Assembly (NCBI GenBank): GCA_036918135.1
Contig: JBALDB010000017.1
Location: 1 to 64,000 of the forward strand
Source of the DNA: Nostoc sp.
Lineage (GTDB): Bacteria; Cyanobacteriota; Cyanobacteriia; Cyanobacteriales; Nostocaceae
Direction: 5' to 3'
Length of the DNA: 64,000 bases
Shown: positions 51,816-61,871 of the stretch, piece by piece
Position numbering within the stretch: the stretch's first letter is position 1
Layout: each line of letters starts with the position of its first letter
The notes under the pieces: generated by a model
What the model saw: the letters and a program-made list of their open reading frames with translations, nothing else
What the model was told of the DNA's origin: nothing
Databases searched by the model: none
Made by a program: the position numbers and the translations under genes

Positions 51816-51920
51816 GGGGGATGAGGAGATGAGGAAGATGAGGGAGTGTGGGGAGAAAAATTTCTTCCCCATCCTCCCACACCTCCCACCCCTCCCACAC
51901 TTTCTGTTCGCCCAATGCCC
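51816..51920 (+). repeat. Family B repeat upstream of der
   Basis: Same core TTTCTTCCCCATCCTCCCACACCTCCCAC...CCCAATGCCC. Confidence 0.72.
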
Positions 51921-52062
51921 TATTTTCAAGCTAGTTAAAAATGAAAAAAGGTAGGTGACCCTACCTCGAACCCAAAAAAAGCATTTTGTAACCAAATACC
52001 AAATTAAATATCACACAGGTTTTTGACGAATCTATTGCAAAACTATGACAAAGGTATGACAG

Positions 52063-53259
52063 TTAATTTTTTGTGGATTTGGCAATCGATCCAAGTTGCA
52101 ATCCAGGCGGATAGCTACCTTCTTGTTTAATATGTTTGATTTCAGCATCTGTTATCCGCAAATTTAATTTTTGCGCTAGTGCCGACACAATATCTCCCCG
52201 GTCAATGACACCAGCGACGGTGCCAGCAGGAGAAAGTACGGTAATCCAAGGTAAGTGCTGATTTTCTAGCTTGTTAATTACCTCTGCTAAAGATGTGGAT
52301 TCGGCAACATGAGGTATTTCTGTTAAGGGACGCGCGATGTTGTGTACAGTTTGGGTTTCCCATTGACTCCTTTCGATTAAACGCAAATCGTCTATAGAAA
52401 CCAAACCCCGATAACGTCCATCAGAAGCAGCAAAATAAACTTGTAAAGGGGCAGTTTCTAGTAGATATAAATCAGCAAAGGAACGCAATGTCTGGTCAGC
52501 ATCAACTACCCGATAGTCGCGGGTCATGGCATCGGCTGCTACCACTTTTAACAAGCTTTCTTGCAATGTGGTCACATTGTCATAGGTGCTGGCATTACGA
52601 ACAGCAAACCAACCCAATAGGGCAATCCACAAGCCAAGTACTAACTCCCTGGTAACGAAATCTATGACAAATCCGAAAGCGATCGCTCCGTATCCTAAAA
52701 TTTGCCCTGCTCTTGCAGCCCAGTGTACAGCTTGGAAACGATTACCTGTTACTTGCCATAGCGCTGCTTTTAACACTTGTCCTCCATCTAGAGGTAAACC
52801 GGGAATCATGTTAAATAGCGCCACTACCAAGTTAATTCTTGCCAAATCTCCCACCATCATAGTGACGGGACTAGTATCAGGTAAAACACCAGCCAGCAAA
52901 CGCAGCAGGAAAAATAGGATGATACTCACCGAAGGGCCAGCAATCGCTACTTGAAACGCTTGTACTGGAGTTTTTGATTCTTCTTCGATCGCCGCGATGC
53001 CGCCAAACAAAAACAAGGTAATAGAGTTAACTTTAATTCCTTGCGATCGGGCTACCAAGCTGTGACCCAACTCATGTAACAGCACTGAAGCAAATAGCAG
53101 CAGTGCCATGACTATTCCTGCACTCCAAGCTATAGCATTCCCCCATTCTTGGTAAGCTACCCCAAAATTCAGAGTTGCCAATGCCAAAATCACAAACCAC
53201 AACGGGTCTAAAAATAGGGGAATTCCAAATAAAGACCCAATTTTCCAATTTGTTTGCAT
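52063..53259 (-). CDS. Site-2 protease (M50) with CBS domains
   Basis: HELGH, NMIPGLPLDGG, C-terminal CBS pair. Confidence 0.9.
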   Translation of the reverse strand: MQTNWKIGSLFGIPLFLDPLWFVILALATLNFGVAYQEWGNAIAWSAGIVMALLLFASVLLHELGHSLVARSQGIKVNSITLFLFGGIAAIEEESKTPVQAFQVAIAGPSVSIILFFLLRLLAGVLPDTSPVTMMVGDLARINLVVALFNMIPGLPLDGGQVLKAALWQVTGNRFQAVHWAARAGQILGYGAIAFGFVIDFVTRELVLGLWIALLGWFAVRNASTYDNVTTLQESLLKVVAADAMTRDYRVVDADQTLRSFADLYLLETAPLQVYFAASDGRYRGLVSIDDLRLIERSQWETQTVHNIARPLTEIPHVAESTSLAEVINKLENQHLPWITVLSPAGTVAGVIDRGDIVSALAQKLNLRITDAEIKHIKQEGSYPPGLQLGSIAKSTKN

Positions 53260-53595
53260 TATATTGTCCTAAAACTAAATATTTCTAATGGCTTTAACTC
53301 CGTAATATTTTGTAAAATTTCTTATATATATTTTAAACATCCCTAAATTCATGCTCAGTTATCAAATGCTCTAATTTCTAAAATAGACAATTATGCCTGG
53401 GAGCAGAACTCTAAGGAGGGCAAAGAGGTAGGGGAGTGGTGAGTGGGAAGCGTCAGAGGGCTACTAGGAAGCTTTTTTAGCATCTCCCACCCCGCCCACA
53501 CTCCACACACTCTTGACTCCCTCATCTCTTTTTTAGAGGAAAGAGAACCAGAATCGTCAATGCAACTTACAAACAAGGCTTGTTTGATTCATTAC

Positions 53596-53853
53596 CTACA
53601 GGCGACCGCCGATGTTAGTCAATCCCAAAATAATGCCAACGCCGATGATATGACCTAAAGCCATTGCAGCAACGAATGTTGGAACACTGATCGGCAGAAT
53701 CGGGAATTTGGGGCCAACTAAGGGTTTTTCAATCTTAGTACTTAGTAAAAGAACTACTAAGCTACTAATGCTGATAGCGATCGCTGTTTTGGGAGTCCAT
53801 GCGGGTGTTGGAGGAACAGATGCCGCTACTGCTAGTAAAGTAGATAAAATCAA
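53596..53853 (-). CDS. psaK: Photosystem I subunit PsaK
   Basis: PTPAWTP...AAMALGHIIGVGIILGLTNIG. Confidence 0.9.
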   Translation of the reverse strand: MILSTLLAVAASVPPTPAWTPKTAIAISISSLVVLLLSTKIEKPLVGPKFPILPISVPTFVAAMALGHIIGVGIILGLTNIGGRL

Positions 53854-53973
53854 CTTTGTGTCTCCTAAATGGAAAGTTAATGTAGACCTACAAGATTATA
53901 AAATTAGCAGGCGCAAAAGTTTTTTAGATAGTCTAGACTTTTCTAATAATTATTTTAAATTTGTGAAGTTTTC

Positions 53974-54621
53974 ATGCGCGTTAAGATTTGCGGCATCACT
54001 CAACCAGAGCAATCTATAGCGATCGCCTCTCTTGGCGCAACGGCACTAGGGTTTATTTGTGTACCTACCTCCCCTCGCTACGTTACCACAAGCCAAATTC
54101 GAGCATTAGTGGCACAATTACCCGAAAATATTGACAAAATTGGTGTTTTTGCCAACACTATTTTTGGGGAAATCAAGCAGGTAGTTATTGATTCTGGGCT
54201 AACTGGTGTCCAGTTACACGGAGATGAATCGCCAGAATTTTGCTACCAATTACGTCAAGCTTTGCCTAAGATTGAAATACTCAAGGCATTTAGAATTCGT
54301 AATTTTGAGCATCTTAAGACAATAACTGATTACATACAATACGTAGATACTTTACTACTTGATGCCTATCATCCACAACAGCTCGGTGGCACAGGCAAAA
54401 CCTTAGATTGGACGATGCTACAACAATTTAGTCCCAATTGCCCTTGGTTTTTAGCTGGAGGATTAACAGCAGATAATATTGTCCAAGCTTTAAGTCAGCT
54501 AAATCCTAGCGGTATTGATTTATCTAGTGGGCTGGAGAACGCACCTGGAGATAAGGATTTAGATAAAGTAGCACTCTTGTTTGAGCGACTAAAGAGTAGA
54601 GAGCAGGGAGTGGGGGGATGA
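53974..54621 (+). CDS. trpF: Phosphoribosylanthranilate isomerase
   Basis: VKICGIT, VQLHGDE, GGTGKT, LAGGL, IDLSSG. Confidence 0.95.
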   Translation: MRVKICGITQPEQSIAIASLGATALGFICVPTSPRYVTTSQIRALVAQLPENIDKIGVFANTIFGEIKQVVIDSGLTGVQLHGDESPEFCYQLRQALPKIEILKAFRIRNFEHLKTITDYIQYVDTLLLDAYHPQQLGGTGKTLDWTMLQQFSPNCPWFLAGGLTADNIVQALSQLNPSGIDLSSGLENAPGDKDLDKVALLFERLKSREQGVGG

Positions 54622-54741
54622 GGAGATGGGGGAGTGTGGGGAGATGAGGAGATGGGGGAGTGTGGGGAGATGGGGAGAGAGGGGCAAGATTTCTTCCCCA
54701 TCCTCCCACACCTCCCACACCTCCTGTTCGCCCAATGCCCC
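54612..54741 (+). repeat. Family B repeat between trpF and folE, supplying the trpF stop
   Basis: Same G-rich arm and C-rich core. Confidence 0.72.
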
Positions 54742-54746
54742 ATTTG

Positions 54747-55454
54747 CTAAAAAAACGTTGCTTGGTGGCGAATCAAATTAAACAATTCTTCACGAGTTTT
54801 GTGTTCTTCTTGAAACACACCAACCATTGCGCTAGTGACAGTTGAAGAACCTGGTTTTTGGACTCCCCGCATCACCATGCACATATGAGTAGCTTCCATG
54901 ACAACGGCAACACCTTTAGGTTCGAGAATAGTCTGAATCGCTTCAGCAATTTGGCGGGTTAATCTCTCTTGTACTTGTAGGCGGCGGGAATACATCTCGA
55001 CAATTCTAGCTAGTTTACTCAGTCCCACAACTTTTTGATTGGGAATGTAAGCAACGTGCGCTCTACCCATAAATGGCAACATGTGATGTTCGCACAGACT
55101 AAAGAAATTAATATCTCGCACTAGTACCATCTCATTATGCCCTTCATCAAAGATGGCATCATTAACGAGTTCTTCGAGGGATTGGTTGTAGCCGCTAGTT
55201 AGAAACCGCATCGCCTCAGCTACTCGTTTTGGTGTTTTGAGGAGTCCCTCACGTTCCGGGTCTTCTCCAACGCCCAATATAAGTGTCCGCACAGCATCCA
55301 TCATCTGCTCCATCTGTTCCTCTTTTGGCGGGAATAGATCTGCCTGTCTCCCATTGTGCGTATTGCGATCGGGTCGTGGAGTTATGGCTTCTGCTAAGTC
55401 GGGAATTAAAGGCGATTGAGAGTAATTGGAACCGTTGGAACTAGCGGTAGTCAT
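54747..55454 (-). CDS. folE: GTP cyclohydrolase I
   Basis: [30 protein letters not shown]. Confidence 0.96.
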   Translation of the reverse strand: MTTASSNGSNYSQSPLIPDLAEAITPRPDRNTHNGRQADLFPPKEEQMEQMMDAVRTLILGVGEDPEREGLLKTPKRVAEAMRFLTSGYNQSLEELVNDAIFDEGHNEMVLVRDINFFSLCEHHMLPFMGRAHVAYIPNQKVVGLSKLARIVEMYSRRLQVQERLTRQIAEAIQTILEPKGVAVVMEATHMCMVMRGVQKPGSSTVTSAMVGVFQEEHKTREELFNLIRHQATFF

Positions 55455-55531
55455 GATTCAATCTTGGTTATGATTTTGTCATTGGTCATTTGTCATTGGT
55501 TATTTGCTTTAAACAAAGAACAAATGAGAAG

Positions 55532-56257
55532 TTAGAGTGTGCCTATAGTAGGCATTATGGTCAATTCATCAATAACTGCCTGTTGTGGTAATAGAACTGT
55601 GTAGAGGATTGACTGAGCTACAGTTTCTGCAGTTAACATTTTGGAATGGTCTAAATTGGCATTAAGTGTCTGTGCATCCCAAATTTCGGTATTGACTGCC
55701 CCAGGACAGATGGTTGTGACACGAATGCCGTAGATGCGTTCTTCTTGTGCCAAGGTTTGGGAGAGGGCAATTAAACCAGCTTTGCTGACGTTGTATGCTC
55801 CCCAATAGGGAAATGGTTGCTTGCCGACAATGGAGGCGATGTTAATAATTGTGCCTCTGCCCCGATCGCGCATTAATGGTAGTATCCCCGTAATACACTG
55901 ACATACACTGGTGAGATTCAGGTTAATTACCTGCTGCCATTTATAGGGGGGAGTTTCACTCAAACTACCTGTATACGCTATGCCAGCATTGTTCACTAAA
56001 ATATCTATATCACCAAAGTCAAGGGCGATCGCTTGAATCTTTTCTTTTACTTGGGAGATTTGCCCTAAATCTAAAGCGTAAGCTTTTGCTTCTACCTCTG
56101 TATGCTCTAGAGCTTCTCTTACCGCCTCTAACTTATCCAAAGAACGGCTGACCAAAGCGACATCTATTCCCGCCTTTGCAAAGGCTAAAGCCGCCGCTCT
56201 GCCAATTCCACTACTTGCCCCTGTAATTAGGGCGCGTCGTTTTTGCTCAGCACTCAT
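55532..56257 (-). CDS. SDR family oxidoreductase
   Basis: TGASSGIG, NNAG, YNVSK; ATG at 56257 preferred. Confidence 0.9.
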   Translation of the reverse strand: MSAEQKRRALITGASSGIGRAAALAFAKAGIDVALVSRSLDKLEAVREALEHTEVEAKAYALDLGQISQVKEKIQAIALDFGDIDILVNNAGIAYTGSLSETPPYKWQQVINLNLTSVCQCITGILPLMRDRGRGTIINIASIVGKQPFPYWGAYNVSKAGLIALSQTLAQEERIYGIRVTTICPGAVNTEIWDAQTLNANLDHSKMLTAETVAQSILYTVLLPQQAVIDELTIMPTIGTL

Positions 56258-56616
56258 GGTGTCTCTCAATTTTTTGGCAATTCCCAAACTCTATTACTAC
56301 CCAATTATTCTCATCTTTGGGTTTCGATAGATTAAAGGAATTTAAAAATCATTGGATTTTCAGAGAGCAACTGCTAGTTTGCTATGGAATAGTTGGTATT
56401 TTATGGATTTTCCAGTAAAGACTACAAATTATTACCTGAGAAATCACCCGCTAGAGTCAAAGTAAATTAGTTAATAATATAAAAGCCACTCAATCAAATT
56501 AAGTAGATTTGCCAAATATGCCAATGCCTATGGCTAATCAGATTGTTAAAAAATCTTTAATCACCATAGGCAATTATAGCATTGCTATTCGGCTAATTAA
56601 TCATTATCAACTGCTG

Positions 56617-57597
56617 CTAATAAGCAACTTCTGTAAAAACACCAATTTTGCGAAATTTTTCGTAGCGCAGTTGGCGGCGTTCGGGAGCGGTTAAACGGTT
56701 AAGTTCCTCCAAATTTTCTAACAGCACTTGCTTGAGCGTCGTAGCAGCTTTCAAGGGGTCGGCATGAGCGCCACCGATGGGTTCGGGCAATATCTGGTCA
56801 ATAATTCCTAAATTTTTGAGGTCGTGGGAAATAATTTTGAGAGCGACGGCGGCTTGGGGAGCTTTGGCAGCATCTTTCCACAAAATGGCGGCACAGGCTT
56901 CAGGCGTAGCGACGGTATAAACTGAGTGTTCAAACATCAATAGACGATCGCCAACACCGATACCGAGTGCGCCGCCAGAACCGCCTTCACCAATGACTGT
57001 GCAGATAATTGGCACATCTAGGCAAAACATTTCCCGCAAGTTATAGGCGATCGCTTCTCCTTGACCTTGGTGTTCCGCTTCTACCCCAGACCAAGCCCCC
57101 GGCGTGTCGATAAAAGTTAAAATCGGCATCCCAAACTTATTGGCATGTTCCATCAAGCGCAATGCTTTGCGATAGCCGCCAGGGTAAGGCATACCAAAAT
57201 TGCGGGCAATATTATCCTTAGTATCGCGGCCTTTTTGATGACCCAACATCACCACAGGTTGTCCACTCAGACGCCCAACACCACCAACTAAAGCTGGATC
57301 GTCACCGCCACAGCGATCGCCATGCAACTCCATCCATTCATCACTAATTGCTTGAATGTAATCGAGAGTACTGGGGCGACGCGGATGACGAGCGACTTGC
57401 AAACGCTGAGATGGGGATAAACTACTAAAAATTTCCTCACGCAGTTGCATAGCGCGTGTTTCTAGTTGACGAATTTGACCAGAAACATCGACGCCATTTT
57501 CTTCAGCAAGTTGCCGAATTTGGTCGATTCGAGTTGCAAGTTCTGCTAGGGGCTTTTCAAAATCCAACAGTAGCGGTTTACGTTCAGTAGTTACCAT
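56617..57597 (-). CDS. accA: Acetyl-CoA carboxylase carboxyltransferase alpha subunit
   Basis: [31 protein letters not shown]. Confidence 0.97.
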   Translation of the reverse strand: MVTTERKPLLLDFEKPLAELATRIDQIRQLAEENGVDVSGQIRQLETRAMQLREEIFSSLSPSQRLQVARHPRRPSTLDYIQAISDEWMELHGDRCGGDDPALVGGVGRLSGQPVVMLGHQKGRDTKDNIARNFGMPYPGGYRKALRLMEHANKFGMPILTFIDTPGAWSGVEAEHQGQGEAIAYNLREMFCLDVPIICTVIGEGGSGGALGIGVGDRLLMFEHSVYTVATPEACAAILWKDAAKAPQAAVALKIISHDLKNLGIIDQILPEPIGGAHADPLKAATTLKQVLLENLEELNRLTAPERRQLRYEKFRKIGVFTEVAY

Positions 57598-57677
57598 CGT
57601 AGGAGTTATGAGTTACGAAATATCTATTTTTTGTCATTAGTCATTTGTTTTTTGTCCTTTGTCATTTGTTCTTTGTC

Positions 57678-57826
57678 CTCTCTTACAAAGTTGAGGCAGT
57701 CCGTTGGCGGGGTTCCCCCGCTTAAAGGAACTGCCGTCCGATCTAAGGAAACCTTGGCTCAACGCCACAAGATTCCGACCCAGGGCGCTAAGGTAGCAGT
57801 GGCTCGACTTTGCGCTTTGTGTGAAG
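57678..57826. repeat. Nested composite repeat between aar and accA
   Basis: Host ACAAAGTT...AAGGAAACCTT...ACTTTGCG carrying two ~45-bp palindromic inserts; flanked by STRR2 tracts. Confidence 0.55.
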
Positions 57827-57863
57827 CAAATGACCAATGACTAATGACTAATGACCAATATGA

Positions 57864-58883
57864 TTAAACCAACAACGGTCTAAATCCATGTTTCACTGAC
57901 ACCCGACCAATCTGCTCCATTTTGTCTACGGTAATCTGATTGCGTCCCCATGAAAAGTTCGTGTACAACTTCTCAAATTCCAGCAGCATTGATTCAGCAA
58001 AACAAGCAAACAACTGGCGTGCTGGTACGTCCATATTGACAATTTTCATAATTTTCCAGTCAATATCTAGGGAATGCTCTACAATTCCACCATTTAACAC
58101 ATGTACGCCAGGATGCTGAATTTTTGTCGCTAAATTTTTAGGATAACCACCATCAATTAACAAACATGGTTGTTTCAAAATGGTAGGTTCAATTTCCACG
58201 CCTTTGGGCATACTGGCAACCCAAACCACAATATCAGCTTGGGGTAGTGCTTCGCTCAAAGTCATGACTTTCCCTCGCCCCAGTTCGCTTTGTAACTCTT
58301 TGAGACGTTCTTGGTCACGCGCTATTAGTAGAAGTTCTTTGACATCTGTTCTCGCATCTAGCCAACGTGTAACTGCACTGCCAATATCACCTGTTGCACC
58401 ACATATAGCAACTGTTGCTTTTGAGAGATCGATTCCCAGCTGTTTTGATGCTTGTTCTACCTGCCGACTAATTATATAAGCAGTATGAGTGTTTCCTGTA
58501 GTGAAGCGTTCAAACTCTAGTTTGATGTTCCGGACTTGGCTAAACTGTTCCAACTTAAAATTTTCAAAAATAATCGAGGAAAATCCGCCTAAAGCCGTAA
58601 TATTAATACCATGTTTTTGTGCGTGTGCCATAGCGTTAAGCACTTTGCGCGTTGCTGCTTTGATGCGACGAGTAGCTAACATCTCTGGCAAAAAGCAAGA
58701 TTCTACATAGCGTCCTTCAATTTTCTGTCCAGTTAGACTGGTAACAGTAATGCTATCGACAATTTGTGGCGGGGCACTGCACCAAAAGTCTAGCCCTTGA
58801 TCGGCATATTCTGGGTATCCCAATTCTTGAGCTACCGCTTGAGCGTGTTCTAAACTAGTCAGATGTCCAATTAGACCAAACAT
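57864..58883 (-). CDS. aar: Long-chain acyl-ACP reductase
   Basis: [35 protein letters not shown]; adjacent to ado. Confidence 0.96.
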   Translation of the reverse strand: MFGLIGHLTSLEHAQAVAQELGYPEYADQGLDFWCSAPPQIVDSITVTSLTGQKIEGRYVESCFLPEMLATRRIKAATRKVLNAMAHAQKHGINITALGGFSSIIFENFKLEQFSQVRNIKLEFERFTTGNTHTAYIISRQVEQASKQLGIDLSKATVAICGATGDIGSAVTRWLDARTDVKELLLIARDQERLKELQSELGRGKVMTLSEALPQADIVVWVASMPKGVEIEPTILKQPCLLIDGGYPKNLATKIQHPGVHVLNGGIVEHSLDIDWKIMKIVNMDVPARQLFACFAESMLLEFEKLYTNFSWGRNQITVDKMEQIGRVSVKHGFRPLLV

Positions 58884-59017
58884 GTAATGATTATTAGCCT
58901 TGTGCTGTCTTGAGCGCGTAGAATTAGTTGGAAGTTGGAAGTTGAGAATTGAGAGTTCGGAGTTAGGAATTAGGATTGGGAGTATATTATTGATAATTCC
59001 ATTACTCCTAAACTTTT

Positions 59018-59716
59018 CTAAGCGGCTGTAAGTCCGTGGGCTGACAAGCGCATAATCTCGAAAGTTTTGAACCCGATATTACTTAATGCTTCACCGTATT
59101 GAATCATAAAGTCTTCTATTAAAGCGTCTTTTTCCATTGCTAAAGTTTTGGCATCATCCGCTACTTGGTTGAGCATTTTCCAAACAAGTGGTAGGTTTTG
59201 GCGATTTGCTTCTTCTAATTCAGCTTTGGATTGTCCAAAGTGTTCTTTCAACCAAACTTCTCCAAAATTGAGATGACTATATTCATCTTTTACTACGCCC
59301 TCAGTGATTTTGCGGGCAAAATCATCGGCAACGGGAATGTAAATGTTGTATGCTGCGATCGCAAAACATTCAATAATCAAAGACTGAATCAACAAACAAG
59401 TGACGACTTTGCCTTGGGCGGCTGCTGTTTGGAAGTTTTGGTGTAGTCCCAAGAAAAATTCTTTGGCAAATTGTAAATCTGGGATGACTTGTAAATTGCG
59501 TCCACAAGCTTCAAATCCTTTCTTGTGACGACTTTCCATCTTAGATAAACGAATCAATTCTTTTTCCGATTCTGGCAGCAGTTGGGCTAGTTGGATGTAA
59601 TTCTCATGGGCTTCTTGTTCCCCTTCAATCACGATCGCATTAATCCGGCTATAAGCGTCTTTGTATTTTTCGCTCTTGAAATCAATTTCTGAAAATTGGT
59701 CTCTTAACTGCTGCAT
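59018..59716 (-). CDS. ado: Aldehyde-deformylating oxygenase
   Basis: [33 protein letters not shown] di-iron motifs. Confidence 0.96.
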   Translation of the reverse strand: MQQLRDQFSEIDFKSEKYKDAYSRINAIVIEGEQEAHENYIQLAQLLPESEKELIRLSKMESRHKKGFEACGRNLQVIPDLQFAKEFFLGLHQNFQTAAAQGKVVTCLLIQSLIIECFAIAAYNIYIPVADDFARKITEGVVKDEYSHLNFGEVWLKEHFGQSKAELEEANRQNLPLVWKMLNQVADDAKTLAMEKDALIEDFMIQYGEALSNIGFKTFEIMRLSAHGLTAA

Positions 59717-60332
59717 GGTACGTTTTCTCCTGTAAAGAAAGAATTATTTGACACCACGATTCAATTTACCCTCTGTTCATAGGGTAATAATTATTGTGGT
59801 TTAATTTAACTTAACAAATAACTATGTTTATAGATTAGCTGTTGCTTGGCTAGATGCTCTAGTACTAGAGAAACAAATGCTTTGCCTTGACAACTCATGC
59901 CTAAACCAAACTAAAATTACGAATTTGGCGATTTTGTGAGCCTAGTAGTCTTACTGCTAGGAGCATTTATCGTTTTACTACTATTTGTAGTTTTTGTCAC
60001 CTCCTTGGTACTGAAAATCGCAACTCTAAAAAATTTGTGGAAAAATAACTGGTCTTTAGCTATTTATCAAGCTGCACGGCAGCAAGGTAAATTTTTACTG
60101 ATGTTTGCTAATTCTACCTTGGTAGCGATCGCTGTGACGGCGTTTAAAATTCTCACTTTTACTTTGGCTGGTTGCTCCCAAAGCACGGTTAAAATTTTGG
60201 GGAGGCCAAGTAGTGCTTGCTGTTGGTTGTCTTGGTAACTTTGGTGATGATTAAGAACTAGCAACCGATGAACAGTACAAATTAGACTTCCTGCAGAAGT
60301 TGGGAAAAGGGTAAGGGGGTAAAAGGTAAGGC

Positions 60333-60478
60333 TGACAAGTGTACGGTTTTCAGTAAAGGAATGAGTGATGACTGTAAAACTAACATCATCATCATAGTTT
60401 CATCAACCCTTACACCCTTACACCGCTACACCCGAAAACCAGTATTTTTTGGGAAAGTTAAAAAACCTACACCTGTAA
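60333..60478. mobile_element. Degenerate MITE-like element
   Basis: Imperfect inverted termini TGACAAGTGTACGGTTTT / AAAAACCTACACCTGTAA; internal CCCTTACA repeats. Confidence 0.45.
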
Positions 60479-60648
60479 TGTCATACGCCCATTGAATTTG
60501 TTGTAAGAACATCTGTATCTACCCATAAATCATCAATATTTTAAAGAAACCCGACAAGAAAATATGAAGTTTTCATATAGAGTATGTAATTCTTACAAGC
60601 CAACTTGAAGCAATAATCGTACACAATCCGCAAGGAAGTCAAACAATT

Positions 60649-60957
60649 ATGGATTCTCAAACATTAGAACAATTACAAAACGACATTGAGCAGAAACTTT
60701 CTGAAAGCTTGAAAAATGCTGAGTTACAAACAGTACTTGAAAAATACGGAATATTAGAAGATAGAGTCCTGAGAGTTCAGTGGCAGTGCGATCTTGACCT
60801 AAATAAAATTAACTCTGGTGATGCAGTTGATGAACAGCAACCTAATCAGTTATTGCAAGCAACCGCAGGAGGTATAAAACCAGAAATTGTTTTAGCGAAA
60901 AAATCATGGTGTGTTCCTTGCCCAGCAAATGGTAGCCCTCTCGGCTGCAATTGCTAA
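60649..60957 (+). CDS. Putative peptide precursor 1: acidic leader, AGG motif, Cys-rich C-terminal core
   Basis: 102-aa ORF with AAGGAAG RBS; ends WCVPCPANGSPLGCNC; core duplicated in 61445-61705. Confidence 0.8.
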   Translation: MDSQTLEQLQNDIEQKLSESLKNAELQTVLEKYGILEDRVLRVQWQCDLDLNKINSGDAVDEQQPNQLLQATAGGIKPEIVLAKKSWCVPCPANGSPLGCNC

Positions 60958-60996
60958 ATAATTTAGTTTCTATATCAATACCTTCGCCATTTTTTT

Positions 60997-61068
60997 GTAG
61001 GTTGGGTTGAGCAAAGCTCAACCCAACCTATGGAGACATTTTGGGTTTTATGCCTCAACCAACCCACG
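60997..61068. repeat. REP-like palindromic repeat pair
   Basis: TAGGTTGGGTTGAGC-AAA-GCTCAACCCAACCTA hairpin plus a degenerate second arm. Confidence 0.65.
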
Positions 61069-61083
61069 AACAATTGAATTATT

Positions 61084-61195
61084 GACGTTGCTGAATTGCG
61101 GTATGAATTTAGATGTAGAGATGTTGCATTCCAACGTCTTTACAAGGATTTTGATATCATACACAATCATTTTCAGACATGAAATCAGCAACGCC
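61084..61195. mobile_element. MITE with terminal inverted repeats and 8-bp target-site duplication
   Basis: GACGTTGCTGA...TCAGCAACGCC flanked by GAATTATT at 61076-61083 and 61196-61203; inner GTAGAGATGTTG...CAACGTCTTTAC palindrome. Confidence 0.75.
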
Positions 61196-61444
61196 GAATT
61201 ATTAACCTTTTTAGGGTGAGGTATACTAAGTGCCTGTGTCTTTAGGGTTAAGAAGAATGTTTCATGTGATGTTAAAACACATCACGACACCTTAACCCAT
61301 ACCTTCATAATCGTTTACAAACTAGCCTCTTAAATTTTTAATAACGAAATAAACGTAGATTACTGATTCCAATGTATAATACTGGAGTTTAATCAAGCTT
61401 GGTTACTGTGTAGCAATCATTATTTTCTTGTTGAAAGAGGTGCA

Positions 61445-61705
61445 ATGGTATCAAGTATGAATAATCTTCGGCACTGCGTTAAAGTTTTAGGAATTGCAAT
61501 AAGTGGTGCGGTAGTTTTGTCTACAAACTCTGCTATCGCTCAAATTGAGCATAAGGGCAATCTACTTAATAAGTATGGCGTTACAGCACAAGACAATATA
61601 ATAATTCCTGGTAACGCCCAATATAAAACTAATCTCTCTCCAAGTTTTGATGCATGGTGTGTACCTTGCCCATCAACTGGCAGCCCTTTCGGCTGCAACT
61701 GCTAA
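61445..61705 (+). CDS. Putative peptide precursor 2: FHA-type signal peptide/N-terminus fused to the same Cys-rich core
   Basis: 86-aa ORF; signal ending SAIA-QI; ends WCVPCPSTGSPFGCNC. Confidence 0.78.
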   Translation: MVSSMNNLRHCVKVLGIAISGAVVLSTNSAIAQIEHKGNLLNKYGVTAQDNIIIPGNAQYKTNLSPSFDAWCVPCPSTGSPFGCNC

Positions 61706-61871
61706 ATAATTTATTATTTCGTACTGAAAAAACTTTATCCTAGTGAGTATAAAAATACTAAGCTTTGCATTCAATAGTTAGGTTACATAAATAACATTAA
61801 CGTACCACCATAGCTAATTAGCAAAGAGCAGTATTTCAATAAACTCAGTATTTTGAGGGTAGAAGTTTGTA

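Noticed and set aside
57864..59716. ado-aar alkane pathway next to accA, SDR and folE as a novel system
   Set aside because: Well-known conserved cyanobacterial cluster.
59936..60264. 100-aa hydrophobic + strand ORF and overlapping 65-aa - strand ORF upstream of ado
   Set aside because: No recognisable motif or clear RBS; cannot be supported or excluded from sequence alone.
61007..61219. 70-aa ORF between the two peptide genes
   Set aside because: Made entirely of REP and MITE sequence.
60649..61705. Assigning the peptides to a specific class (lanthipeptide, Nif11/NHLP, metallothionein)
   Set aside because: Leaders do not clearly match Nif11 or NHLP, the double-glycine match is only partial, and no maturase is visible in the window.
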